In this document: positions 1 through 33,812 of the stretch, one piece after another
How positions within the stretch are numbered: the first letter of the stretch is position 1
Layout: the number at the start of each line of letters is the position of its first letter
Assembly: GCA_030141605.1 (NCBI GenBank)
Contig: JAQGDQ010001289.1
Coordinates: forward strand, 1-33,812
Source of the DNA: Tubiluchus corallicola
Lineage: Eukaryota > Animalia > Priapulida
Direction: 5' to 3'
DNA: 33,812 nt
Program-made: the position numbers and the translations under genes
Notes under the pieces: generated by a model
Databases searched by the model: none
What the model saw: only the letters and a program-made list of their open reading frames with translations
Told to the model about the DNA's origin: nothing

Positions 1-73
1 ACAGACATCAGAACAGGCACAGACATCAGCACAGACCATCTCAAAACAGACACGGGCATAGACAGAGCACCAT
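1..73 (-). repeat. Inverted copy of the 18-bp minisatellite
   Basis: acagacatcagaacaggcacagacatcagcacagac is the reverse complement of the 412-668 units. Confidence 0.85.
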
Positions 74-133
74 CAAAAACTAGACAAATGTAGACCTTGT
101 TCCTTAGAAGTTTTAACAACGCTCTTCCTAAAT
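74..133 (-). pseudogene. SLCO: SLCO copy A truncated exon 3 (DLGRALLKLLRNKVYICLVF)
   Basis: Matches 17809-17868 with an intact acceptor; homology stops at about 74, where an inverted minisatellite begins. Confidence 0.85.
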
Positions 134-411
134 CTGGAACATGAAAGGGACAGCCATATCATTTCAACAAATTAAACAAGGGAACATTCAAACCAGTCAC
201 TGATATCATGGTTCATTCAGATATATATACATATCGGTAACCATGAACACTACAAATCTGAAGAAGTTGGACGTTTTAGCAATAACATTTGTCAACACAG
301 GCATCACGTGGAAAAACGACTAATGCTGATGATAGCGAAAGCTGTAATTGAAACTTTAGGTCTTCAATTTCAAGTATTGTTCGTTGTTGTCAATATAAAT
401 TTGGAGGAAAA

Positions 412-668
412 ATGATATCAGTGTCTGTGCTGATGTCTGTGTCTGTTCTAATGTCTGTGTCTGTTCTAATGTCTGTGTCTGTGCTAATGTATGTGTCTGT
501 TCTAATGTCTGTGTCTGTTCTAATGTCTGTGTCTGTGCTAATGTCTGTGTCTGTTCTAATGTCTGTGTCTGTGCTGATGTCTGTGCCTGTTCTGATGTCT
601 GTGTCTGTTCTGATGTCAGTGTCTGTTCTGATGATGTCTTTTCTGATGTCTGTGTCTGTTCTGATTTC
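412..668. repeat. 18-bp minisatellite (GTGTCTGTTCTGATGTCT)n
   Basis: Direct inspection; explains the MSVSVL/TDTDIR/QTQTLE ORFs. Confidence 0.95.
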
Positions 669-706
669 CTGTTTACTGAGTAATTTGAATGAATAACAAT
701 ACTTAC

Positions 707-1616
707 TAAGAAATAATGGTGTATCTTCTGCCTTATCAACGTTGTCATCCAGGTAAGAACTGCCTAAAGAAAACATAAAGGCTGTTCCACATCCGGCGAC
801 AAATTCTCCCAGAAACATGAGCCCAAAAGCCGCGTTGTTTGACGACCTGAGTTGTTCATCCCTGGAACAGGAATCTTCATCATCAAGGTTGTCGTCTAGT
901 AGAAACGTATCGACACTGTTATTGATGCAAACGGGAGAAGTTAGTTTCTGATCTGGTAAAGTCTTCATTCTTGATGAACTTTGAACGTCTGGAACATTTG
1001 CCCCAAAAATATAGTAGGGTGTGGACCAAATGACCAGCCCCAGCCCAACAAGGAGCAAGCTACATGCCATGATTCGTGGTTTGTGACCCTTGCCTCCAAA
1101 ATGCGAGCCAATGACGACAAGGGTTGCATGGGCAAGATCGTTGGCAATGAGGAGGATGCCAGTCCTGCTGCTGGGATACCGGAAGCGCTTCTCTAGGGTG
1201 GTGAGGACACCTCCACGGTAACCCAACTCTAAACTTGTGGCGATGAACACCAAACAGTAGCAGAAGACGAACATCTTGATGTTGGCGCACTTCTGTAAGA
1301 ATCTTGGATAACAAATGAAACCACATTGTCCATCGTGATTGTCTCCAGTTTCTTCATTGTCTACAGTTTGCACTGGCTGATTTTTCTGTACAGTTGCCAT
1401 GGTGACGTCTTTCTTGTTACAAATGAAACCACATTGTCCATCGTGATTGTCTCCAGTTTCTTCATTGTCTACAGTTTGCACTGGCTGATTTTTCTGTACA
1501 GTTGCCATGGTGATGTCTTTCTTGTTACAAATGAAACCACATTGTCCATCGTGATTGTCTCCAGTTTCTTCATTGTCTACAGTTTGCACTGGCTGATTTT
1601 TCTGTACAGTTGCCAT
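707..1616 (-). pseudogene. SLCO: SLCO copy A exon 1 (intact frame, 3 x 36-aa repeat) of a rearranged, probably non-functional copy
   Basis: Near-identical to copy B exon 1, with donor GTAAGT at 706-701. Downstream, exon 2 is deleted and exon 3 is truncated. Confidence 0.8.
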
Positions 1617-1635
1617 GGTGATGTCTTTCTTGTTA
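1309..1635 (-). repeat. 108-bp coding tandem repeat x3 containing the start codon (x2 at about 21794-22009)
   Basis: ATGs at 1616, 1508 and 1400; unit MATVQKNQPVQTVDNEETGDNHDGQCGFICNKKD(I/V)T. Confidence 0.95.
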
Positions 1636-2171
1636 CCACTGCAGAACACGAGACCGCCGAAACATGCAAGTTTGCGATGATTTGAACTTTTTTTGGCAGC
1701 AGTTTCTGCAATGCGTTTGCCAACGCTTGAATTCGTGTCCACACATTAATTCACTTGCTAAACCAGAAAAATGATTGGTTTGCATCTAGGGTCTTGTGTG
1801 CTCAACAACTTACAAGGAATCGTGATATTTGTTTACATTAACCCTAGTTCGCTTAGCGAATTTGAATTTAAAACATATTATAAAGCTTTATCAGGCATCG
1901 CAATCTTTAAGTTGAATTTCAACAAGCTTGAAGGACGTTTTTCCAATAAGCATTGGATCCAAATAAACCCACAACTGGTTTACGAGGATAAAACAGGTTC
2001 ACCAGATAACTTTAAGAATACAAGAGTAGAGTTTTATGCTGACGGGATATTTGCTCAGCGTGTTTTTGTGTAGAATACTATTATTAGTATTATAGAAAGA
2101 CATTATATTAATACTATTCTTGATACCCATAGTAATCACGTGCTTGGTAATGACCAGTTTTTGTTAAATAG

Positions 2172-2382
2172 AATTTTATTGCCGACCGGTTTCAAACAAT
2201 TGCAGTTCATTTTCCAGGCATCTAAATACAACGAAATTTTACCACAATGTAGAAGCAACTAAGAAGTGCAATTCAGTAGGCACGTGTACTTCTAAATTGT
2301 TTCTACATTCGAAAAAATTTCTTTGTTTTCAGATGTCTTGAAAATGAACGGTAATTGTTCAAAACCGATCGGCAATAAAATT
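2172..2382. repeat. About 210-bp imperfect palindrome; possible inverted Penelope-like terminal repeats (duplicate at 22557-22767)
   Basis: Arms aattttattgccgaccggtttcaaacaatt... and ...aattgttcaaaaccgatcggcaataaaatt; each arm carries a decayed hammerhead-like motif. Confidence 0.7.
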
Positions 2383-3422
2383 TGATTGTGAAGAAGTTTT
2401 ACTTAGTTTCCAAATATGGATAATTCTACATTTTCTAAATTCCTTATTTCATTTTAAGGTTAAAAATGTTAAATTTAAAAAAATAAAAATTCACAATTTC
2501 TGCTGTTCAATTTCGAGTCCACAAGGTTATTACTTGCCATGAGGTGAAATGGAACAGACCATAACGTGAATCATACGTCACAGCACATAGTATTCGCAAT
2601 GCTCTGCAGTGCACTGCACTGCAATGCAATGCAATACCACACTATAATCAGTACATCAAAGCAGTCCAAAGATAGTTGTCTTTAAGATAAGATACTGGAG
2701 ACACATAAAGGGAGGGGAGTACACCAAATCATTTTATTGCCAACAGATGCGTTTTATAACCACTTGCAAAATCTGTTTTAGTGTGATGATGAGGCCTACT
2801 ATATAAAAATTAACATTTTTTACTTTCGTGTACTTGTTACAGGTAAATATAGCTTCTGTTTGTTTAATATTAACTTCTCTAGATGGCGATACTGTTGTGT
2901 AAACAGTGCTAGTAATGGATTGGTGAAATCTAAGCAATAACAATGATCAAACTCATTTATGCCTAAATCTATTCCATAAACTGTAAAAAATCTTAAAATT
3001 TAGCAACTTTACAAACATACAAAAATAAATTTCATAATAAAATATGGAATTTTCAATTTGAACTTTCATTTCTAACATATTTTTGTTTTGTTATTTAAAT
3101 TTTACTTTTGTGTATTTAGATTGTAAATTGTATAATTATATATAATTAGAAATTAACTTAAACTTTGCTAAAAAATATAACGATTTAAAAATATCATGTT
3201 TCATATGTATGCAATTACACTTATAGCAACTTATATACTAATTACAGTACTAAGAGACACACGTAAAACTATATTTTCAACTGCTTTTTGTATTAAGTTA
3301 TTCGTTTTTGTCAACGTATTGTAAAGTAACAATCTCTTTTGGTACTACTAAACGTTATACTGTGCAGAAATTCCATTTGCACTAAAAACTCAGGAAGACA
3401 AAGTTATATTTCGCAATATTAA

Positions 3423-4031
3423 AGCAAAACCGGACCTAATGTTAAACTGCGTGTCAAAACAATCTACACTTTAAAATATTGAAAGGAAACATACTATTTT
3501 TTTCAAAAAATGCCTTACGTGAAAGAATTATTACCACACAAACACAATTTCACGTTCGCGCCACTAGTTCTTCGCTGTTACATGCATTTCCCCATTTGCT
3601 AGTTAGACGGGCAATAGCGCCTGCATTTCGGAAATGCATTGCACAAAAAACAGGTGCTGTACCTCTCAGTTCAGATGTGTTCGTTCATGACGAACTACAC
3701 ACGTTCGACAGCCTGTGCTTGAGCATACCAGTGAATTTGAATTTAAAACTTGCCTAGTTTTAATACAACACATTGAATATCTTACAGTAGCACTTCACTT
3801 CAATTTTCGCTTTCGCAAACACGTACAGCACACTCATAGACTATTTTCGCTGTTGAAAATTATGTTAGTTTGTGATGTCATCAATAGTTGGGTTCGCTCG
3901 CCGTTAATTAAGTTTTTAATCTATTATTTAATTATCAGAACCGCTTTTGCAGTATTAATTGTGTTAAAATGTACCTATACTTTTTGTCGGACTTGAAAAT
4001 AGGGTAGTATGAAAAATCATCCTGTCTTCGT
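3423..4031. mobile_element. Kolobok-like non-autonomous DNA transposon, family 1
   Basis: TTAA at both sides (3419-3422, 4032-4035), AG start, imperfect TIR (agcaaaaccgga / tcctgtcttc.t); dispersed copies elsewhere in the window. Confidence 0.7.
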
Positions 4032-4357
4032 TTAAACCTACAAAATATGTTGATAGTGCGCATGCGCACTCCGCCCACATGTGATATTTAACAAAATAAA
4101 AAAATGTTTTGCATGTTAAAAATTAACATAATCTAATTATCAATCATCCATCATCAAAACAGCCACTTTAACGTATGAAACACTTAATACAGTCAGCAAA
4201 ATAACAAAGAAATCAGCCAATTTACATCATAATTTTCACCAGAAAAACTGAAACATCGGTGCATTCGGTCGCCGGTTTCATCAATCACCCTGTCATATGT
4301 GTGAAAAATCATCCTGTCTTCCTTTAAGTAATGGTATTCTAGCATGAGAAAATCCTA

Positions 4358-5087
4358 ATATGACCAGCCTAATATCAACACTGTTATGACATTAAGAAAC
4401 AATGCTTACATATGACCAGCCTAATATCAACACTATCATGACATTAAGAAACAATGCTTACATATGACCAGCCTAATATCAACACTACCATGACATTAAG
4501 AAACAATGCTTACATATGACCAGCCTAATATGAACACTATCATGACATTAAGAAACAATGCTTACATATGACCAGCCTAATATGAACACTATCATGACAT
4601 TAAGAAACAATGCTTACATATGACCAGCCTAATATCAACACTATCATGACATTAAGAAACAATGCTTACATATGACCAGCCTAATATGAACACTATCATG
4701 ACATTAAGAAACAATGCTTACATATGACCAGCCTAATATCAACACTATCATGACATTAAGAAACAATGCTTACATATGACCAGCCTAATATGAACACTAT
4801 AATGACATTAAGAAACAATGCTTACATATGACCAGCCTAATATCAACACTATCATGACATTAAGAAACAATGCTTACATATGACCAGCCTAATATGAACA
4901 CTATCATGACATTAAGAAACAATGCTTACATATGACCAGCCTAATATCAACACTATCATGACATTAAGAAACAATGCTTACATATGACCAGCCTAATATG
5001 AACACTGTTATGACATTAAGAAACAATGCTTACATATGACCAGCCTAATATCAACACTATCATAACATTAAGAAACAATGCTTACAT
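4358..5087. repeat. 52-bp minisatellite x about 14 (only 2 units at 24737-24842)
   Basis: Unit ATATGACCAGCCTAATAT(C/G)AACACTATCATGACATTAAGAAACAATGCTTAC. Confidence 0.95.
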
Positions 5088-5340
5088 TGCTTAAGGTTTA
5101 CAAGTTGCTAAAATGTTCAAAGTCCCGCTAGTCTGGTAAGCATGAAATCCTGCGTCAATTGTGAACCTTTAACACAGTTCGGTACTCTGCAAGCCGTGAG
5201 TCCAGAACTTGCCATCGCATTTAACATTAACAACTGCCACGAAACCTGAGCCTGTTTCACTATCAAGGATAATCCTTTAAGATGAGCCACTGCACCGTCA
5301 GAGGTGTTTCGAGAATTGTTTGGACGTCTTGCCTCAACGA

Positions 5341-5346
5341 TTTATT
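5341..5346 (-). promoter_or_regulatory. Candidate polyadenylation signal of SLCO-B (AATAAA; ATTAAA at 25096-25101 in copy C)
   Basis: 335 nt downstream of the stop; the paralogous site is the other common hexamer variant. Confidence 0.4.
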
Positions 5347-5680
5347 CGCTGCAAACCATAAAGCATGGTTTCAACCATCCATTTACTAATAAAGCTCAGT
5401 GTTGCTTCAACATTCACCGTTAGGTCAGGTGAATTTACTTTAGAATCTATTATCTATTTCGTGTGCAAACTGAAACTTCTCTTAAAATCGTACAGGTTTC
5501 ATCTTCTCACATACCAAAGTAGTCTTCCTAGCAATCACCCATCCAGCTACTAACTTTCGTAACTTTAATAACACCCACCGTGACCACTCTGCACTCCCGC
5601 CTTGAACAATGCAACAAAGACAGTTTACAATCTATCATCTATTTCGTGTGTGAACACAGACTTCTCTAAATCAGTCTCTC

Positions 5681-21993
<16,313 letters not shown>

Positions 21994-23807
21994 GGTGATG
22001 TCTTTCTTGTGACCACTGCAGAACACGAGACCGCCGAAACTTTAACACATGCAAGCTTGCGATGGTTTGAACTTTTTTTGGCAGCAGTTTCTGCAATGCG
22101 TTTGCCAACGCTTGAATTCGTGTCCACACATTAATTCACTTGCTAAACCAGAAAAATGATTGGCTTGCATCTAGGGTCTTGTGTGCTCAACAACTTACAA
22201 GGAATCGTCATATTTGTTTACATTAACCCTAGTTCGCTTAGCGAATTTGAATTTAAAACATATTATAAAGCTTTATCAGGCATCGCAATCTTTAAGTTGA
22301 ATTTCAACAAGCTTGAAGGACGTTTTTCCAATAAGCATTGGATCCAAATAAACCCATAACTGGTTTACGAGGATAAAACAGGTTCACCAGATAACTTTAA
22401 GAATACAAGAGTAGAGTTTTATGCTGACGGGATATTTGCTCAGCGTGTTTTTGTGTAGAATACTATTATTAGTATTATAGAAAGACATTATATTAATACT
22501 ATTCTTGATACCCATAGTAATCACGTGCTTGGTAATGACCAGTTTTTGTTAAATAGAATTTTATTGCCGACCGGTTTCAAACAATTGCAGTTCATTTTCC
22601 AGGCATCTAAATACAACGAAATTTTACCACAATGTAGAAGCAACTAAGAAGTGCAATTCAGTAGGCACGTGTACTTCTAAATTGTTTCTACATTCGAAAA
22701 AATTTCTTTGTTTTCAGATGTCTTGAAAATGAACGGTAATTGTTCAAAACCGATCGGCAATAAAATTTGATTGTGAAGAAGTTTTACTTAGTTTCCAAAT
22801 ATGGATAATTCTACATTTTCTAAATTCCTTATTTCATTTTAAGGTTAAAAATGTTAAATTTAAAAAAATAAAAATTCACAATTTCTGCTGTTCAATTTCG
22901 AGTCCACAAGGTTATTACTTGCCATGAGGTGAAATGGAACAGACCATAACGTGAATCATACGTCACAGCACATAGTATTCGCAATGCTCTGCAGTGCAGT
23001 GCACTGCAGTGCAATGCAATACCACTCTATAATCAGTACATCAAAGCTGTCCGAAGATAGTTGTCTTTAAGATAAAATACTGGAGATGCATAGAGGGAGG
23101 GGAGTACACCAAATCATTTTATTGTCAACAGATGCGTTTTATAACCACTTGCAAAATCTGTTTTAGTGTGATGATGAGGCCTACTATATAAAAATTAACA
23201 TTTTTTACTTTCGTGTACTTGTTACAGGTAAATATAGCTTCTGTTTGTTTAATATTAACTTCTCTAGATGGCGATACTGTTGTGTAAACAGTGCTAGTAA
23301 TGGATTGGTGAAATCTAAGCAATAACAATGATCAAACTCATTTATGCCTAAATCTATTCCATAAACTGTAAAAAATCTTAAAATTTAGCAACTTTACAAA
23401 CATACAAAAATAAATTTCATAATAAAATATGGAATTTTCAATTTGAACTTTCATTTCTAACATATTTTTGTTTTGTTATTTAAATTTTACTTTTGTGTAT
23501 TTAGATTGTAAATTGTATAATTATATATAATTAGAAATTAACTTAAACTTTGCTAAAAAATATAACGATTTAAAAATATCATGTTTCATATGTATGCAAT
23601 TACACTTATAGCAACTTATATACTAATTACAGTACTAAGAGACACACGTAAAACTATATTTTCAACTGCTTTTTGTATTAAGTTATTCGTTTTTGTCAAC
23701 GTATTGTAAAGTAACAATCTCTTTTGGTACTACTAAACGTTATACTGTGCAGAAATTCCATTTGCACTAAAAACTCAGGAAGACAAAGTTATATTTCGCA
23801 ATATTAA

Positions 23808-24409
23808 AGCAAAACCGGACCTAATGTTAAACTGCGTGTCAAAACAATCTACACTTTAAAATATTGAAAGGAAACATACTATTTTTTTCAAAAAATGCCT
23901 TACGTGAAAGAATTATTACCACACAAACACAATTTCACGTACGCGCCACTAGTTCTTCGTTGTTACATGTATTTCCCCATTTGCTAGTTAGACGGGCAAT
24001 AGCGCCTGCATTTCGGAAATGCATTGCACAAAAAACAGGTGCTGTACCTCTCAGTTCAGATGTGTTCGTTCATGACGAACTACACACGTTCGACAGCCTG
24101 TGCTTGAGCATACCAGTGAATTTGAATTTAAAACTTGCCTAGTTTTAATACAACACATTGAATATCTTACAGTAGCACTTCACTTCAATTTTCGCTTTCG
24201 CAAACACGTACAGCACACTCATAGACTATTTTCGCTGTTGAAAATTATGTTAGTTTGTGATGTCATCAATAGTTGGGTTCGTCCGCTGTTAATTAAGTTT
24301 TTAATCTATTATTTAATTATCAGAACCGCTTTTGCAGTATTAATTGTGTTAAAACGTATACTTTTTGTCGGACTTGAAAATAGTGTATGAAAAATCATCC
24401 TGTCTTCGT
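23808..24409. mobile_element. Kolobok-like MITE family 1 (part of the segmental duplication)
   Basis: Paralogous to 3423-4031. Confidence 0.7.
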
Positions 24410-25250
24410 TTAAAGCTACAAAATATATTGATAGTGCGCATGCGCACTCCGCCCACATGTGATATTTAACAAAATAAAAAAATGTTTTGCATGTTAAAAA
24501 TTAACATAATCTAATTATCAATCATCCATCATCAAAACAGCCACTTTGACGTATGAAACACTTAATACAGTCAGCAAAATAACAAAGAAATCAGCCAATT
24601 TACATCATAATTTTCACCAGAAAAACTGAAACATCGGTGCATTCGGTCGCCGGTTTCATCAATCATCCTGTCATATGTGTGAAAAAATCATCCTGTCTTC
24701 CTTTAAGTAATGGTATTCTAGCATGAGAAAATCCTAATATGACCAGCCTAATATCAACACTATCATGACATTAAGAAACAATGCTTACATATGACCAGCC
24801 TAATATCAACACTATCATGACATTAAGAAACAATGCTTACATTGCTTAAGGTTTACAAGTTGCTAAAATGTTCAAAGTCCCGCTAGTCTGGTAAGCATGA
24901 AATCCTGCGTCAATTGTGAACCTTTAACACAGTTCGGTACTCTGCAAGCCGTGAGTCCAGAACTTGCCATCGCATTTAACATTAACAACTGCCACGAAAC
25001 CTGAACCTGTTTCACTATCAAGGATAATCCTTTAAGATGAGCCACTGCACCGTCAGAGGTGTTTCGAGAATTGTTTGGACGTCTTGCCTCAACGATTTAA
25101 TCGCTGCAAACCATAAAGCATGGTTTCAACCATCCATTTACTAACAAAGCTCAGTGTTGCTTCAGCATTCATCGTTAGGTCAGGTCAATTTATTTCAGAA
25201 TCTATTATCTATTTTGTGTGTGAACACAGACTTCTCTAAATCAGTCTCTC

Positions 25251-31395
<6,145 letters not shown>

Positions 31396-31690
31396 CTGTA
31401 GTAGCAATAAATCTGTTATCTTTATGTACAATAAATTCCGGTTGACGTATATCAATCTCAAGGAACATTATAAGCACAGGTTAAACACATTATAGTTTCA
31501 CAGGAAAAATGGGTCAAGTCGATCCACAGCTCGTAAATAAAGCTTAAAAAATTCGTCTTGAAATTTTGTATCACTTTGATTTAGTCTTATTGCATATATA
31601 GCTTGCGTTGGCAGCGATGTTGTATAATACTTGTAAATTTAAACTTCCGCGATGACCTTAGGCGCCTTCATTTTAACGGTAAGTCATTTA

Positions 31691-32121
<431 letters not shown>

Positions 32122-32667
32122 TGTTTGCTGCTAGGTAGAGAAAGTGCTGTCACTCAAACTGTTTGTTGTCGTTACCATGTACTTAAAAATTGTGTACCGA
32201 CATATTCTTGAATTGCGGCAATTTAGGCTATTCGTAAGCAAACAATATTTTTTATTCGGGATTTTATCAAGTTTACGTATAAATTTTCGCATGTTTGTTT
32301 GTTCAAAATTACACAGATTACAACATTAAAATTACATATATATTTGTTTCGTTTTACACAGTATTAAAATAATGGCTAAAAATTTCTGACGCAGCACCCC
32401 ACTAATTTTAGCAACGAGCCGCCACTGTTTCATTTTCTCTAAATTTTCAATGAAGAAAAACTTTAATAGAAAATGAAAAAGTAGACTTAGCATGCCCAGC
32501 AATCATGGTATGATTTTTTGCACAACAATGTCGCGAACACGTGTCACTAAGTGTGATGCATTGTGGGTAATATTGCATTTTAGTCAATCGTTTTTATTTC
32601 TGCAGTCACGTCTTCAGTGAAAACTTTCACCACGTTCAGAAAGGAAAATGTTACAATGTGGAATTAA

Positions 32668-33261
32668 AGCAAAACCGGATCCAATCTTAAACTGCAAGTC
32701 AAAACAATCTACTCATTAAAATATTGAAAGGAAAGGAAACATGCTATTTTTTTCGAAATTGACTTATGTGAAAGAATTATTACTACACAAACACAATTTA
32801 ACGTTCGCGCCAATAGTTACATGCATTTTGCCTGTCGCTAGTTAGATGGGCACTAGCGCCTGCATTTCGGAAACGCATTGCCCAAAAAACAAATGCTGTA
32901 TCTCTCAGTTGAAATGTGTTAGTTTGTCACGAACTACGCACGTTCGACAGCAAATTTGAAATTTGAATTTTTATTTTAAAACTTGTCTAGTTTTAGTACA
33001 ACACACTGAATATCTTACAGTAGCACTGTACTTCAATTTTCACTTTCACAAACACGTGCAACACGCTCGTGGAATGTTTTTGCTGTTCAAAATTATGTTA
33101 GTTTGTGATGTCATCAATAGTTGGGCTTTCGCGCCGTTAATTAAGTCTTTAATCTATTATTTAATAATCAGAAATGCTTTTGCAGCATTAATTGTGTTAA
33201 AATGTATACTTTTTATAGTACTTGAAATGGGGTAGTATATGAAAAATCATCCTGTCTTCCT
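32668..33261. mobile_element. Kolobok-like MITE family 1, independent insertion
   Basis: TTAA|AG...CT|TTAA (32664-32667, 33262-33265); flanks unrelated to those of the other copies. Confidence 0.75.
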
Positions 33262-33812
33262 TTAAAAGCCGGGCCGTATCTGCCTTGGTCACAAGGAACT
33301 GAGTGGTCTAATAGGTAATAATAGAGCTTCTTCTAGTTTGTATTGTGGATGAAATCTGAACAATAATCGTCACGTGGTTCACAATTTGATACGACAGTTT
33401 CAAGCTGCTATACGCTGTTGTCCTCGTAACGCTCTGGCGTATTTTAAAAATGTTGTGGGCGGAGCTGCATTAGCAAGCGAAGCCATGTCTTCATGTTTCG
33501 TCAACGGCGAGGAAATGACATTAATTGAGCGCTTGCATTCTGCGCATGCGCAGTAGATTTTCATTGTGTTTATTTTCAGTGTACAAAAAATCAATATAGT
33601 AAAAGAGACATGTTAAACTATGTTAAAAGCATTAGATGGATAATTATGTTGATGAATGCTGGCGTGAAGCCAGTTAAGGTGTTGTGTCACGTGAGCAAGT
33701 GATTCAGAACCGAAGCGTAGGCGTTGAGGCGTCGAAGCTCGGCGCACGATATATTGGCCTTGTTATGCGCCCAGCTCTGGGGATTGAGTCTGGGAGCTGA
33801 GGGACAGCAAGC

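Noticed and set aside
1617-1742. N-terminal extension of ORF 390-1742
   Set aside because: GTG start, frame disrupted by an insertion in copy B, and a likely splice acceptor at 1639-1640.
3479-3996. Recurrent short ORFs (also at 14492, 23864, 30624, 32963)
   Set aside because: They recur because they lie in a non-coding MITE; frames are not conserved and no transposase motif is present.
4358-5087. CRISPR-like appearance of the 52-, 71- and 78-bp arrays
   Set aside because: Head-to-tail units with no unique spacers, no cas genes, and a eukaryotic context.

Overview
AT-rich metazoan (probably invertebrate) genomic DNA with spliceosomal GT-AG introns. It holds a head-to-tail, minus-strand array of organic anion transporting polypeptide (SLCO/OATP) genes with a period of about 20.4 kb. 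Copy C contributes its last four coding exons (25251-31395). Copy B is complete, with 8 phase-consistent coding exons and 751 aa (5681-21993). Copy A is a broken 5' copy (74-1616) that lacks exon 2 and has exon 3 fused to an inverted minisatellite. An intronless class A (rhodopsin-like) GPCR lies on the same strand inside intron 5 of copy B only, frameshifted by an exact 13-bp tandem duplication. The SLCO start codon and its Kozak context lie inside a 108-bp in-frame repeat that varies in copy number (3 in A, 2 in B). The rest is TTAA-flanked Kolobok-like MITEs, a hAT MITE with a perfect 8-bp target-site duplication (TSD), LINE tails, a possible solo LTR, Penelope-type hammerhead-like motifs, and many mini- and microsatellites, which explain most other ORFs in the track. 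All alignments were done by eye; no database searches were possible.
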